NCBI GenBank assembly: GCA_046597055.1
Contig: JBKJLC010000079.1
Span: 9,783-73,782, forward strand
DNA: 64,000 nt
Direction of reading: 5' to 3'
From: Kofleriaceae bacterium
Lineage (GTDB): Bacteria; Myxococcota_A; Polyangia; Haliangiales; Haliangiaceae
Position 1 is the stretch's first letter. Each line of letters opens with the position of its first letter. Below, piece by piece: positions 1-8,821 of this stretch. The notes beneath the pieces were generated by a model, which did not search any database, was not told the DNA's origin, and worked only from the letters and a program-made list of their open reading frames with translations. A program made the position numbers and the translations under genes.

Positions 1-1
1 C

Positions 2-178
2 CACGCCCACCCGGTCGACCGCGGGTCGCTCGAGCTGCTCGCGCGCTGGCGCGCGCTGCACGGCACGCCGCCGCCGGTGCTGCTCGAGCGCGATGCCCGC
101 TTCGGCCCACGCGCCGGGCTCGAGGCCGAGCTGACCGCGATCGCGGCGATCGCCCGGGGTGTCCCGCATGCGGCGTGA
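2..178 (+). CDS. C-terminal fragment of a DUF692 (MNIO, multinuclear iron oxidase) family protein; 5' part lies outside the window
   Basis: Frame 2 reads HAHPVDRGSLELL...PPPVLLERDARF...LEAELTAI, matching the DUF692 C-terminal (D)THxxPV...VLLERD...EL pattern. Confidence 0.75.
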   Translation, partial: HAHPVDRGSLELLARWRALHGTPPPVLLERDARFGPRAGLEAELTAIAAIARGVPHAA

Positions 179-377
179 CGAGCTGGCCGCGCGTCAGGCC
201 GCGGTGGTCGCCGCGCTGCTCGACGGCGCCCCGGCGCCGGCCGGCGTCGACCTCGCGGTGGCGCGCCAGGTCGTCGGCCGCAAGCGCGCGCACCTCGCCG
301 CGGACCGCCGCCGGCGCGGCCGCTGGGCGCGCGTGATCGCGTGGATGCGCACGGTGACCGCGCGGCGCGACCGGTAG
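168..377 (+). CDS. Small DUF692-associated partner protein (SCO6045-like)
   Basis: Overlaps the DUF692 stop. MRRDELAARQAAVVAALLDGAPAPAGVD...RKRA resembles the small proteins found downstream of DUF692 genes. Confidence 0.55.
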   Translation: MRRDELAARQAAVVAALLDGAPAPAGVDLAVARQVVGRKRAHLAADRRRRGRWARVIAWMRTVTARRDR

Positions 378-429
378 CCGTCGCCCCTCCCGCCGGGCGC
401 CGGGCGCCCTCGGGATCCCGCCCATCTTT

Positions 430-663
430 CCGGTGTCCCTGAGCCAGGGCGAGCGCACGCGAGCTTGCCGTCGAAGGGCAGCCCGTCGGAGCGGCGTGCG
501 GCTCCTTGCCGCTCTGCCGTTCGACGCGGCGCCTCCGGCGCCGGCTCAGGGACACCGGGAAAGGGTGAGCGCTTCCGATCACATTTGGACTTGTGATCGA
601 TGCTGAGGGGCGCCCTTCGACTCCACCCGTCGCTTTGCGCCGGGCTGCGCTCAGGACGAACGG
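430..663. repeat. Cluster of REP-like palindromic units (CCCTTCGAC...GCTCAGG type)
   Basis: 16-bp perfect inverted repeat CCGGTGTCCCTGAGCC at 430-445/543-558. GTCGAAGGGC (470-479) is the reverse complement of GCCCTTCGAC (612-621). GCTCAGGACGAACGG at 649-663. Confidence 0.7.
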
Positions 664-760
664 GGCATGGACTGCGGACCAACGAGCATGGCGCCGTCGT
701 ACGAAACGAATCCAGCGAGCGCGGGTCCGGTGTTCGAGTCCAGCACCGAGGACGAGCCGA

Positions 761-898
761 GGCGGGGCCGAGGTCCCAGGCGCGCTCGTAAATTCCACGG
801 CCGGGTGGTGCATGCGTCGGCGGGTTGGGGCAATGGCACCGGCGTGCGTCACGCCCGGGGACCCCGGATCGAGCAAGCGCCGGGACCTCGGCCCCGCC
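761..898. repeat. Long inverted repeat (MITE/REP-like or structured RNA)
   Basis: GGCGGGGCCGAGGTCCC (761-777) is the exact reverse complement of 882-898 and extends about 5 bp further with one bulge. Confidence 0.65.
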
Positions 899-1045
899 GA
901 CGGTGAGCCCGGCCGCGCGGGACCCCCGCACCCGCAGGGGTGGAAGCGGGAGCGCGTTCCAGTCACCGCGAGAGAAGTGATCAATCCCGAGGTCTGCCGT
1001 CGACACGGCGCTCGCGTCGGCGCAGGGCCACCGGAAAGCGAGCGC

Positions 1046-2059
1046 TCAGGTCAGGCCGACGCCGAGCAGCTGGCCGATGCCGTAGGTCGCGGCCCCGGCG
1101 GCCCCGCCGATGGCCAGCATGCGCAGCCCGCCGCGCAGCGCGCCACGCCCGGCGAACAGGCTCAGCGTCGCGCCGATCGCGAGCAGGCCGGTGCCGGCGA
1201 GCGCGATCGACAGCGGTAGCGCCTGCGTCAGCGCCAGCGCGAACGGGGCCAGCGGCAGGCCCGCGCCGGCGGCGAACGCGAGGAACGACGACAGCGCGGC
1301 GCCGGTCGGCGAGCCGAGGTCGTCGGGGTTGAGGCCGAGCTCCTCGCGAGCGAGGGTGTCGAGCGCCTTGGCGTGATCGCTGATCAACGCGAGGGCCACG
1401 GTGCGGGCGGCGTCGATCGGCACGCCGCGGGCGGCGTAGATGAGCGCGAGCTCCTCGGCCTCCTCCTCGGGATAGCGGTCGAGCTCCTCCTCCTCCTGGC
1501 CGATCTGGTACTCGAACATCTCGCGCTGCGAGCGCATCGACACGTACTCGCCCGCCGCCATCGAGAACGCACCGGCGAGCAGGCCGGCGATGCCGGTGAG
1601 CAGCACGGTCCGGTCGCCGGCGCCGGCGCCGGTGACGCCGAGCAGCAGGCTGGTGTTGGAGACCAGGCCGTCGCTCACGCCGAACACCGCGGCGCGCAGG
1701 GTCCCGCCGCCGGCGCCGCGATGGCGGGCGCCGATGCCCTCGGCGGTGGTCGGCATGGCATGGCCGCCGGCCGCGACCGGCCCGTCGTACATCGACATGC
1801 CGCGCACCTTCATCGCCGCCAGCATGCGGCGCGCGCGGCGGGGGCCGACCCGGCCGACGATCGCCGCCACCACCCGGGCCCGGAGCGACGGCGTGAACGC
1901 GGGCGCCGGGCCGCCCTCGAGGTAGCTGCCGCCCTGGCGCTCGGCGGCGACCGCGAGCTGCTCGAAGGTCGTGCGCTTGACCGGATCGGGCTCGTGGACG
2001 GCGACCACCCGGTACAGCCACGCCGACTCGATCTCGGCGCGCCAGCGCGGGTCCGACAT
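1046..2059 (-). CDS. VIT1/CCC1 family Fe/Mn transporter with N-terminal rubrerythrin-like segment
   Basis: LRAAVFGVSDGLVSN and AGAFSMAAGEYVS motifs; N-terminal ExxSAWLY...ExxQ. Confidence 0.92.
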   Translation of the reverse strand: MSDPRWRAEIESAWLYRVVAVHEPDPVKRTTFEQLAVAAERQGGSYLEGGPAPAFTPSLRARVVAAIVGRVGPRRARRMLAAMKVRGMSMYDGPVAAGGHAMPTTAEGIGARHRGAGGGTLRAAVFGVSDGLVSNTSLLLGVTGAGAGDRTVLLTGIAGLLAGAFSMAAGEYVSMRSQREMFEYQIGQEEEELDRYPEEEAEELALIYAARGVPIDAARTVALALISDHAKALDTLAREELGLNPDDLGSPTGAALSSFLAFAAGAGLPLAPFALALTQALPLSIALAGTGLLAIGATLSLFAGRGALRGGLRMLAIGGAAGAATYGIGQLLGVGLT

Positions 2060-2154
2060 GCGCGCAGTGTAGCGGGGGTCGCCGCGGCCACCAGCCGGTG
2101 CGCCCGCGTTCGCCGCGGGTACGGTCACCACCCGCGCTCACCCCGACGTAATGC

Positions 2155-2340
2155 CTACTCCGGCTTGACCTTCACCGCGGCGAAGGCGGCGTCGACCACG
2201 GCGGCCTTGCCGGCGACCTGGACGACCAGGTGCTCGTTGGCCAGATCGACCGCCGCGACCTTGGCGACCGCCGCCGGGGTCAACGACGCGATCGCGAGCG
2301 CCCGGCCGACGAAAAGGTTTGCATGCGAATCAAAAGTCAT
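2155..2340 (-). pseudogene. Short coding-like ORF, possible 3' remnant of an M16 peptidase gene
   Basis: Very high GC3 codons; IASLTPAAVAKVAAVDLANEHLVVQVAG resembles M16 peptidase C-termini. Confidence 0.35.
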
Positions 2341-2351
2341 TAACATGCGAA
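2318..2351. promoter_or_regulatory. Putative MarR operator pair
   Basis: Imperfect palindrome TTTGCATGCGAA (2318-2329) and a related TTAACATGCGAA (2340-2351), 22 bp apart, directly upstream of the marR start. Confidence 0.45.
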
Positions 2352-2355
2352 GCAG

Positions 2356-2823
2356 ATGAGCGAGGCCCCGGTGGAGCGCCGCTTGTTCCTGCTGCTCGAC
2401 CGGGCTGCCCACCGGGTCCGCGAGCGGCTGGAGCAGGTCTGCCGCGAGCGCCTCGGCATCACCGCGGCCCAGCTCGGCGCAGTGATGCACCTGGCCAGCC
2501 ACGACGGCGCGCGCGCCAGCGAGCTGGCCACCGCGCTCGGCGTGCAGCCGGCGGCCATCACCGGCCTGTGCGACCGCATGGAGACCGCGGGCCTGGTCCG
2601 GCGCCGGCCGTGCCCCGACGACGCCCGGGTCCAGCGCCTGTGGCTGACCGCCGCCGGACGCCGGGCCGGGGCCGGCTCGCGCCCGATCATCGCGGCCGCC
2701 AACCGCCGGCTCGCCGAGCAGTTCACCCGCGACGAGCTGGCCACCGTCGCCCGTTTCCTCGCCGCGATCGGCGAGCTCGACCTGGCCGCATCCGCGACCG
2801 ACCATCCAGGAGCCGCGTCATGA
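2356..2823 (+). CDS. MarR family transcriptional regulator
   Basis: wHTH: ASELATALGVQPAAITGLCDRMETAGLVRRRPCPDDARVQRLWLTAAG. Confidence 0.93.
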   Translation: MSEAPVERRLFLLLDRAAHRVRERLEQVCRERLGITAAQLGAVMHLASHDGARASELATALGVQPAAITGLCDRMETAGLVRRRPCPDDARVQRLWLTAAGRRAGAGSRPIIAAANRRLAEQFTRDELATVARFLAAIGELDLAASATDHPGAAS

Positions 2824-3596
2824 CCTCGACCCCGTCCGCGCATGTCCGTGTCACCACCGCCGGTGGCGTCAGCCGCATCGTCCTCGACCGGCTCGCCAAG
2901 AAGAACGCGCTCGACGCCGCCATGTACCGCGGCCTCGCCGACGGGTTCACCGCCGCCAGCGCCGATCCGGCGGTGCGCGCGATCCTGCTCACGGGCGGCC
3001 CCGAGGTGTTCACCTCCGGCAACGACCTGGCCGACTTCGCCAGCGTCCGGGCCGGCACCGGCGGGCTGGCCGCGATGGACTTCCTGACCGCGCTGGTCGC
3101 GTGCCCCAAGCCGATCGTGGCCGCGGTCGCCGGCTGGGCGGTCGGCATCGGCACCACGCTGCTCCTGCACTGCGACTTCGTCTACGCGGCGCCGAGCGCG
3201 CGCTTCCGGACCCCGTTCGTCGACCTCGGCGTGTGCCCCGAGGCGGCGTCGAGCTTGCTGCTGCCGGCGACCATCGGGCCGCGGGCGGCGGCCGAGATGT
3301 TGCTGCTGGGCGCCGAGCTCGACGCCCACCGCGCGGGCGAGCTGGGGCTGGTGACCGCGGTCGTCGACGACCCGGTCGCGCGCGCCGAGGCGACCTGCGC
3401 CGAGCTGGCCCGGCGGGCGCCGGGCGCGGTGCGGACCACCCGCGCGCTGATCCGCGGGCACCAGCGCGCCGCGATCGCCGACGCGATGGCGACCGAGGGC
3501 GCCGCGTTCCTGGAGCGGCTGCGCTCGGACGAGGCGGCCGAGGCGGCGATGGCGCTGATGACGCGGCGCGCGCCCGACTTCTCGCGGTTCACCTGA
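2820..3596 (+). CDS. Enoyl-CoA hydratase/isomerase (crotonase family)
   Basis: KKNAL, FTSGNDL, KPIVAAVAGWAVGIG, PFVDLGVCPEAASS; ATGA overlap with marR. Confidence 0.92.
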   Translation: MTSTPSAHVRVTTAGGVSRIVLDRLAKKNALDAAMYRGLADGFTAASADPAVRAILLTGGPEVFTSGNDLADFASVRAGTGGLAAMDFLTALVACPKPIVAAVAGWAVGIGTTLLLHCDFVYAAPSARFRTPFVDLGVCPEAASSLLLPATIGPRAAAEMLLLGAELDAHRAGELGLVTAVVDDPVARAEATCAELARRAPGAVRTTRALIRGHQRAAIADAMATEGAAFLERLRSDEAAEAAMALMTRRAPDFSRFT

Positions 3597-3644
3597 CGAT
3601 CGGATCGAGGCCGGTGGTCGGCGCCCGCGCGCGCGCGGACGCGA

Positions 3645-4097
3645 TCAGTCGGGCACCCGGACGGTGAGCACCGGCACCAGGCTGTGGCGCACGATCTTCT
3701 CGGTGACGCTGCCGAGCACGACGTGGGCCAGTCCGGTCCGGCCGTGGGTGCCCATCACGATCAGGTCGGCGTGCTCGCGAGCCGCGGTCTCGGCAACCTC
3801 GGTGGCGACGTGCCCGGCCACGCTGACGACCGACACCTCGACGCCGTCCTTGCGCAGCCGTTCGGCGAGGTCGGCGAGGTGGGCCTCCGAGGCCCGGAGC
3901 GCGTACTCGCGGACGCCGATGGGAGCGCCACCGCCGTCGGGGATCACGGTGGCACCCGGCCCGAGCATGGGCGGGAGCTCGGCGACGTGCAGCAGCACCA
4001 GCCGTGCGCCGTGGATCTTGGCAAGGTCCCGGGCGAGGGCCGAGGCGTGGTTGGCACAGCGCGAGAAGTCGTGGGGCACCAGGATCGTCTTCCACAT
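3645..4097 (-). CDS. Universal stress protein (UspA family)
   Basis: ILVPHDFS and ADLIVMGTHGRTGLAHVVLGSVTEKIVRHSLVPVLTV. Confidence 0.95.
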   Translation of the reverse strand: MWKTILVPHDFSRCANHASALARDLAKIHGARLVLLHVAELPPMLGPGATVIPDGGGAPIGVREYALRASEAHLADLAERLRKDGVEVSVVSVAGHVATEVAETAAREHADLIVMGTHGRTGLAHVVLGSVTEKIVRHSLVPVLTVRVPD

Positions 4098-4142
4098 GGA
4101 GGCCATCCTCGCACAGTCGGTCCGCCCCGCGCGGCAACCGGC

Positions 4143-4295
4143 TCAGGCCCGGGGCGCCACGTTCATCGCCCTCGCCAGGGTGGTGATCACGGCCGCGTCG
4201 ATCACGTCACCCGCCAGCCCTTGGCCCTCCAGCCGGCGCTGCAGCGACTCGATGATCGACCACAGGCTCAACGGCTGGCTATCGCGCTTCTTCAT
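4143..4295 (-). CDS. Small hypothetical protein (50 aa)
   Basis: GGAGG RBS before the ATG; MKKRDSQPLSLWSIIESLQRRLEGQG...; coding-like GC3. Confidence 0.6.
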   Translation of the reverse strand: MKKRDSQPLSLWSIIESLQRRLEGQGLAGDVIDAAVITTLARAMNVAPRA

Positions 4296-4410
4296 GGTCT
4301 GCCTCCAACGGGCAAGGGCGGCCGCGGATCTGTCAGGCCTGCCTGCCTCGTTGTGCAGACACCTCGGTGCGCTTCGGGTTGCGGCGCCTGCAACCGGGGC
4401 ATGTCGCGTA

Positions 4411-4426
4411 AGCAACGTCACAGCCA
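4411..4426 (-). promoter_or_regulatory. Putative sigma-54 promoter for the small ORF and usp
   Basis: Minus strand TGGC-TGTGACG-TTGCT, canonical -24/-12 spacing. Confidence 0.55.
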
Positions 4427-4480
4427 CGGAAAGTTTGGGTGCAACGCCCACCGGTGGGCATGCCATAACGCGCCCGCCGC

Positions 4481-6967
4481 ATGCGCCGACTCTCATCCTG
4501 TGTCCGCTCGTTTGCCCTGGCCTCGCTGTACGCCGCGCTCCTCGCTGCCTGCGGCGACAACGTCGCCGGCTCCGCTGACCCCGACGGCTCGACCGTCGAT
4601 GCGGGCGCGGGCGACGCGAGCCCCGATGCCGGGCCGGATGCGCCCCAGCCGACCGAGACGGTGCAGTGCCCGACCCCGGTGCCGGCCGCGACCGCCGGGA
4701 TCTGCGACGCGACCACGGGCACCGGCGCCGTGTTGATCCGCGGCAACGTGCTCGGCGACGGCGTCAACTACCTCGACGGGGCGGTGCTCTACCAGGGCGA
4801 CCGCATCGTGTGCGTCGGCTGTGATTGTGGCGCCGCGCCCGAGGCCGCGGGCGCCACCGTGGTGTCGTGCGGCGGGGCCGCGATCTCGCCCGGCCTCATC
4901 AACGCCCACGACCACCTCAACTACAACAACCGGGCGCCGCTGGCGTCGACCGCGCCGGGCGGCGTCCGCTTCCAGCACCGCCACGACTGGCGCGGCGGCA
5001 CCCCGACCCCGCCCAACCAGCACGGCACTGGCGTGAACGACGCCGGCATGCGCTGGAACGAGCTGCGCCACATCCTCGGCGGCACCACCTCGATCGCGGC
5101 CTCGACCCTGGCCGCCGGCGGGCTGCGCAACCTCGACGAGCTCGAGGGCCGCGACACCACGCTCGGCTTCCAGCAGATCACCTATCAAGTGTTCGCGCTC
5201 GGCGACAGCAACGAGACCTTCCGCCCCGACTGCGGCTGGAACTTCGTCTACGGCGAGTTCCAGATGTCGCAGTTCCCGGGCATCGTCACTCACACGGCCG
5301 AGGGCATCAACGCGTACGCCCACGAGGAGTTCCGCTGTCAGTCGATGAGCTTCATGGGCGCGCGCGACTTCGTCGAGCGCAACGTCGGCCACATCCACGG
5401 CGTCGGGCTCAAGACCGTCGACTACTTCAACATGGCGCGCGACCAGTCGAAGCTGGTGTGGTCGCCCCGCTCGAACGTCTCGCTCTACGGCAACACCGCG
5501 CAGGCGCCGATCTTCGCCCGCTTCGGCGGCGTGATCGCGCTCGGCACCGACTGGACCTACTCGGGCTCGGCCACGCTCAACCGCGAGATGAAGTGCGTCG
5601 CCGACCTGAACCCGACCGCCTACGACGGGTTCTTCAGCGACGAAGACATCTGGAAGATGGGCACGAAGAACGCCGCCCTCGCCACCGGCACCCAGGTGCT
5701 GATCGGCGCGCTCCTGCCCCAGAAGCTGGCCGACCTCGCGGTCTATCGCGCCGCGCCCGGCCAGCTCCACCGCGCCGTGATCGACGCCACCACCGACGAC
5801 GTCGCGCTGGTCGTCCGCGACGGCGACGTGCTGTTCGGTGAGACCGACGTGGTCACCGCGCTCGGCCAGACCTGCGATCCGATCGACGTGTGCGGCGAGG
5901 AGCGCCGGGTGTGCGCGTCGCGCGAGTTCGCCGGCCAGACCTACGCCCAGATGGAAGCCGCGGTCAGCGCGGCGCCGGCCGCCTACCCGGCGGTGTTCTG
6001 CGGTACGCCCGCCAACGAGCCGACCTGCATCCCGAGCCGACCCGGCCCCGGCGCCCCGTACCGCGGGCCGACCGAGACCGATCCCGACGGCGATGGCATC
6101 GTCGCCGGCGACAACTGCCCGACGATGTTCAACCCGATCCGTCCGATCGACGGCACCACCCAGCCCGACGACGACGCCGACGGCGTCGGCGACATGTGCG
6201 ACCCGACCCCGCTGCGGACCGATCTCGATGGCGACAGCCTCGAGAACCTGGCCGACAACTGCCCGTTCGACTCCAACCCGACGCCGACCGACGGCGACAT
6301 GGACGGCAAGGGCGATGTCTGCGATGCGTGCCCGACCGTCCCCAACCCGGCTGGCGTGTGTGGCCCGGCCGCGACCACGATCGCGAACATCCAGAACGGC
6401 ACGATCGCCGAGGGCGTGCCGGTGACGGTCGAGGGCGCGGTGGTCACCGCCATCGACAGCCGCGGCTTCACCGCCCAGGACCCGACCGTGACCAGCGGCA
6501 TGTACGCCGGCGTGTACGTGTTCACCGGGTCGCTGCCCAGCGTGATGATCGGCGACCGGGTCGACTTCTCGGGCGTCACCGACGAGTACTTCTCGATGAC
6601 GGAGATCGCCTCGGGCATGATCTTGCGCCGCAGCGCGGGCGCGCCGCTCGCGCCGATCCCGGTCACCGTCGCGGTCGCGGCCACCGAGCCCTACGAGGCC
6701 GTGCTGGTGACCCTGACCGACGTCACCAAGGTCGACTACCCGTACTCGTGCATGCCGGACGGCGCGACCTGCGTCGACCCGCGGCTGTTCGAGCTCAACG
6801 ACTCGATCATCGCGTGGGACAGCGCGTACGGCGAGGGCGCGACCAGCTGGGACGCCGAGGCGACCGCGGCCGCGGCCGACATGACCCCGACCGTCACCGG
6901 CGCGATGTTCTTCCGCTTCGAGCGGCGTCGGATCATGCCGCGCACGGCCGCCGACCTCACGCCGTGA
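4481..6967 (+). CDS. Lipoprotein: amidohydrolase/deaminase-like domain, thrombospondin type 3 repeats and C-terminal OB-fold-like domain
   Basis: Lipobox LLAAC; PGLINAHDH, HTAEG, HIHG, LGTDW; DxDGDG...DNCP repeats; VTVEGAVVTA...GFTAQD...GVYVF...GDRV. Confidence 0.85.
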   Translation: MRRLSSCVRSFALASLYAALLAACGDNVAGSADPDGSTVDAGAGDASPDAGPDAPQPTETVQCPTPVPAATAGICDATTGTGAVLIRGNVLGDGVNYLDGAVLYQGDRIVCVGCDCGAAPEAAGATVVSCGGAAISPGLINAHDHLNYNNRAPLASTAPGGVRFQHRHDWRGGTPTPPNQHGTGVNDAGMRWNELRHILGGTTSIAASTLAAGGLRNLDELEGRDTTLGFQQITYQVFALGDSNETFRPDCGWNFVYGEFQMSQFPGIVTHTAEGINAYAHEEFRCQSMSFMGARDFVERNVGHIHGVGLKTVDYFNMARDQSKLVWSPRSNVSLYGNTAQAPIFARFGGVIALGTDWTYSGSATLNREMKCVADLNPTAYDGFFSDEDIWKMGTKNAALATGTQVLIGALLPQKLADLAVYRAAPGQLHRAVIDATTDDVALVVRDGDVLFGETDVVTALGQTCDPIDVCGEERRVCASREFAGQTYAQMEAAVSAAPAAYPAVFCGTPANEPTCIPSRPGPGAPYRGPTETDPDGDGIVAGDNCPTMFNPIRPIDGTTQPDDDADGVGDMCDPTPLRTDLDGDSLENLADNCPFDSNPTPTDGDMDGKGDVCDACPTVPNPAGVCGPAATTIANIQNGTIAEGVPVTVEGAVVTAIDSRGFTAQDPTVTSGMYAGVYVFTGSLPSVMIGDRVDFSGVTDEYFSMTEIASGMILRRSAGAPLAPIPVTVAVAATEPYEAVLVTLTDVTKVDYPYSCMPDGATCVDPRLFELNDSIIAWDSAYGEGATSWDAEATAAAADMTPTVTGAMFFRFERRRIMPRTAADLTP

Positions 6968-6972
6968 TCCGC

Positions 6973-7031
6973 CACCCTCAGGATCCAGCAAAGTCCCGTC
7001 CGGTGGCGAGCTGTGATCGATCCTGAGGGTG
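6973..7031. terminator. Inverted repeat between convergent genes (possible bidirectional terminator)
   Basis: CACCCTCAGGATC (6973-6985) / GATCCTGAGGGTG (7019-7031). Confidence 0.5.
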
Positions 7032-7814
7032 CTAGCCGCCCCGTGCGTCGCTGAAGTCGGCGACCACCGGCGCGTGGTCGGAGGCGTCGCGACCCTTGCG
7101 GGCCTCGCGGTCGATCGTGCACGCGGTGAGGCGGGCGGCCAGCGGCGGGCTGGCCAGGATCGCGTCGATGCGCAGGCCCTGGTCCTTGAAGAACGAGACG
7201 CCGCGGTAGTCCCACCACGAGTAGGCGCGTCCGTCGGGGTGGTGCGCACGGTAGGCGTCGGTCAAGCCCCAGCCGGCGACCTCGCGCAGCGCGGCGCGCT
7301 CGGGCTCGCTGCACAGGATCGCGCCGTCCCAGCGCGCCGGGTCGTGGACGTCGCGGTCGTCGGGCGCCACGTTCCAGTCACCGCACAGCGCCAGCGGCCG
7401 GCCCGGGTCGGCCTGGGTGTCGAGCCAGCGGCGAAGGCGCGCCAGCCAGGTCAGCTTGTACGCGTACTTGTCGGTGCCAACGGCCTGTCCGTTGGGCACG
7501 TACACCGACGCGATGCGCACGCCGGCGACGGTCGCGACCACGAACCGCGCGTGGTCATCATCGCCGCCGTCGCCGAAGCCGGTGACGACCTCGGTCGGCT
7601 CCCCGCGGGTCGCGATGGCGACGCCGTTGTAGGTGCGCTGGCCGTGGACCACGACCTGGTAGCCGAGGGCCTCGAACGTCAGGCCGGGGAAGCCCGCGTT
7701 GTCGACCTTGATCTCCTGCAGGCACAGGACGTCGGGCCGAGCCTGCTCGAGCCAGCCCTTGACCCGGGTCTCACGGACCCGGATCGAGTTGACGTTCCAC
7801 GTCGCGATCCGCAC
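7032..7814 (-). CDS. xth: Exodeoxyribonuclease III
   Basis: MRIATWNVNS, LCLQEIK, YVPNG, GDWNVAP, GLRID, SDHAPV. Confidence 0.96.
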   Translation of the reverse strand: MRIATWNVNSIRVRETRVKGWLEQARPDVLCLQEIKVDNAGFPGLTFEALGYQVVVHGQRTYNGVAIATRGEPTEVVTGFGDGGDDDHARFVVATVAGVRIASVYVPNGQAVGTDKYAYKLTWLARLRRWLDTQADPGRPLALCGDWNVAPDDRDVHDPARWDGAILCSEPERAALREVAGWGLTDAYRAHHPDGRAYSWWDYRGVSFFKDQGLRIDAILASPPLAARLTACTIDREARKGRDASDHAPVVADFSDARGG

Positions 7815-7826
7815 GGGCGGTGCCGG

Positions 7827-8714
7827 TCAGGCGGTGTGTTCGCCGGTGATCCGCATCGCCGCCTCGGCGGCGCGATCGACGCGGACCGGCGGCGGGAGGC
7901 GGTCGACCACGGGCTGCCCGAGCGGCAGCACCGCGGCGTTCGTCGCTGGCCCCGCGGCCTGGCCTGCCTGCTTGGCGACCAGCGCCTGGTAGCCTTCGAT
8001 CCAGCGGCCGATCGCCGTCCACGACGACAGCACGCCGCAGATCGCCAGCGCGATGCCAGCGGACGGCTTCATCCACGCGATGGTGCTCTCGGCGGCGCCC
8101 ATCCAGGCCGCCACCAGGGTGCCCAGCGCCACCAGGACGATGCGCTCGGCGCGCTGCATCGCGCCGACCTTGAGGTCGAGCCCGAGGCCCTCGCCGCGCG
8201 CGCGGGTGTAGCTGACCATCAGCGAGCCACCGGCCGCGCCCATGACGGCGAGCAGCCAGGGGGTCTCGCGCAGATACCAGGCGTAGCCGGTGAAGAGCGC
8301 GAGCTCGGCCCAGCGGTCAGCGACCGAGTCGAACAGCGCGCCGGCCTGGGTCTGGCGACCGGTCGCGCGGGCCAGCCGACCATCGAGCAGGTCGAGCATG
8401 CCGCCCAGGATGTAAAGCCACGCTGCGGTGGCGAGGTGGCCCAGCGCCAAGGCGAGCCCGGCGCCGGCACACGCGGCCAGCGAACCACCCGTGATGAGGT
8501 TGGGCGAGACCTTCGACCGGATGAGCACGCGCTCGACCGGGAGGAGCAGCCAGACCACGTAGCGAGTCAGGAAGGGTCCGAAAACTTCGTTGGATTTGAA
8601 GTTGCCGACCTCCGGGCTTTTCCCGGTCCAGCAGCGCACGCAGTACACGGCGAACATGCCCAGGATGTAGGCGGTCGCGGCGACGGCGGGAGCCAGGATG
8701 TATAACCGTTCCAC
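7827..8714 (-). CDS. CDP-alcohol phosphatidyltransferase (PgsA/PIS-like)
   Basis: SPNLIT; DLLDGRLAR...GALFDSVADR; VSYTRARGE. Confidence 0.92.
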   Translation of the reverse strand: MERLYILAPAVAATAYILGMFAVYCVRCWTGKSPEVGNFKSNEVFGPFLTRYVVWLLLPVERVLIRSKVSPNLITGGSLAACAGAGLALALGHLATAAWLYILGGMLDLLDGRLARATGRQTQAGALFDSVADRWAELALFTGYAWYLRETPWLLAVMGAAGGSLMVSYTRARGEGLGLDLKVGAMQRAERIVLVALGTLVAAWMGAAESTIAWMKPSAGIALAICGVLSSWTAIGRWIEGYQALVAKQAGQAAGPATNAAVLPLGQPVVDRLPPPVRVDRAAEAAMRITGEHTA

Positions 8715-8821
8715 AGGGTTACTTTCAGTGACGGAGCGTGCGGAGCTTTACCACCTGACCCCCACACCAGCCAAGGGACATTCCGGCGCCATCGGATACG
8801 GGCGACACCGAGCGCTCCGCC

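Noticed and set aside
725..750. GTTCGAGTCC, a tRNA T-loop-like motif
   Set aside because: No acceptor stem, D-arm or anticodon arm could be built around it, so it is not called a tRNA.
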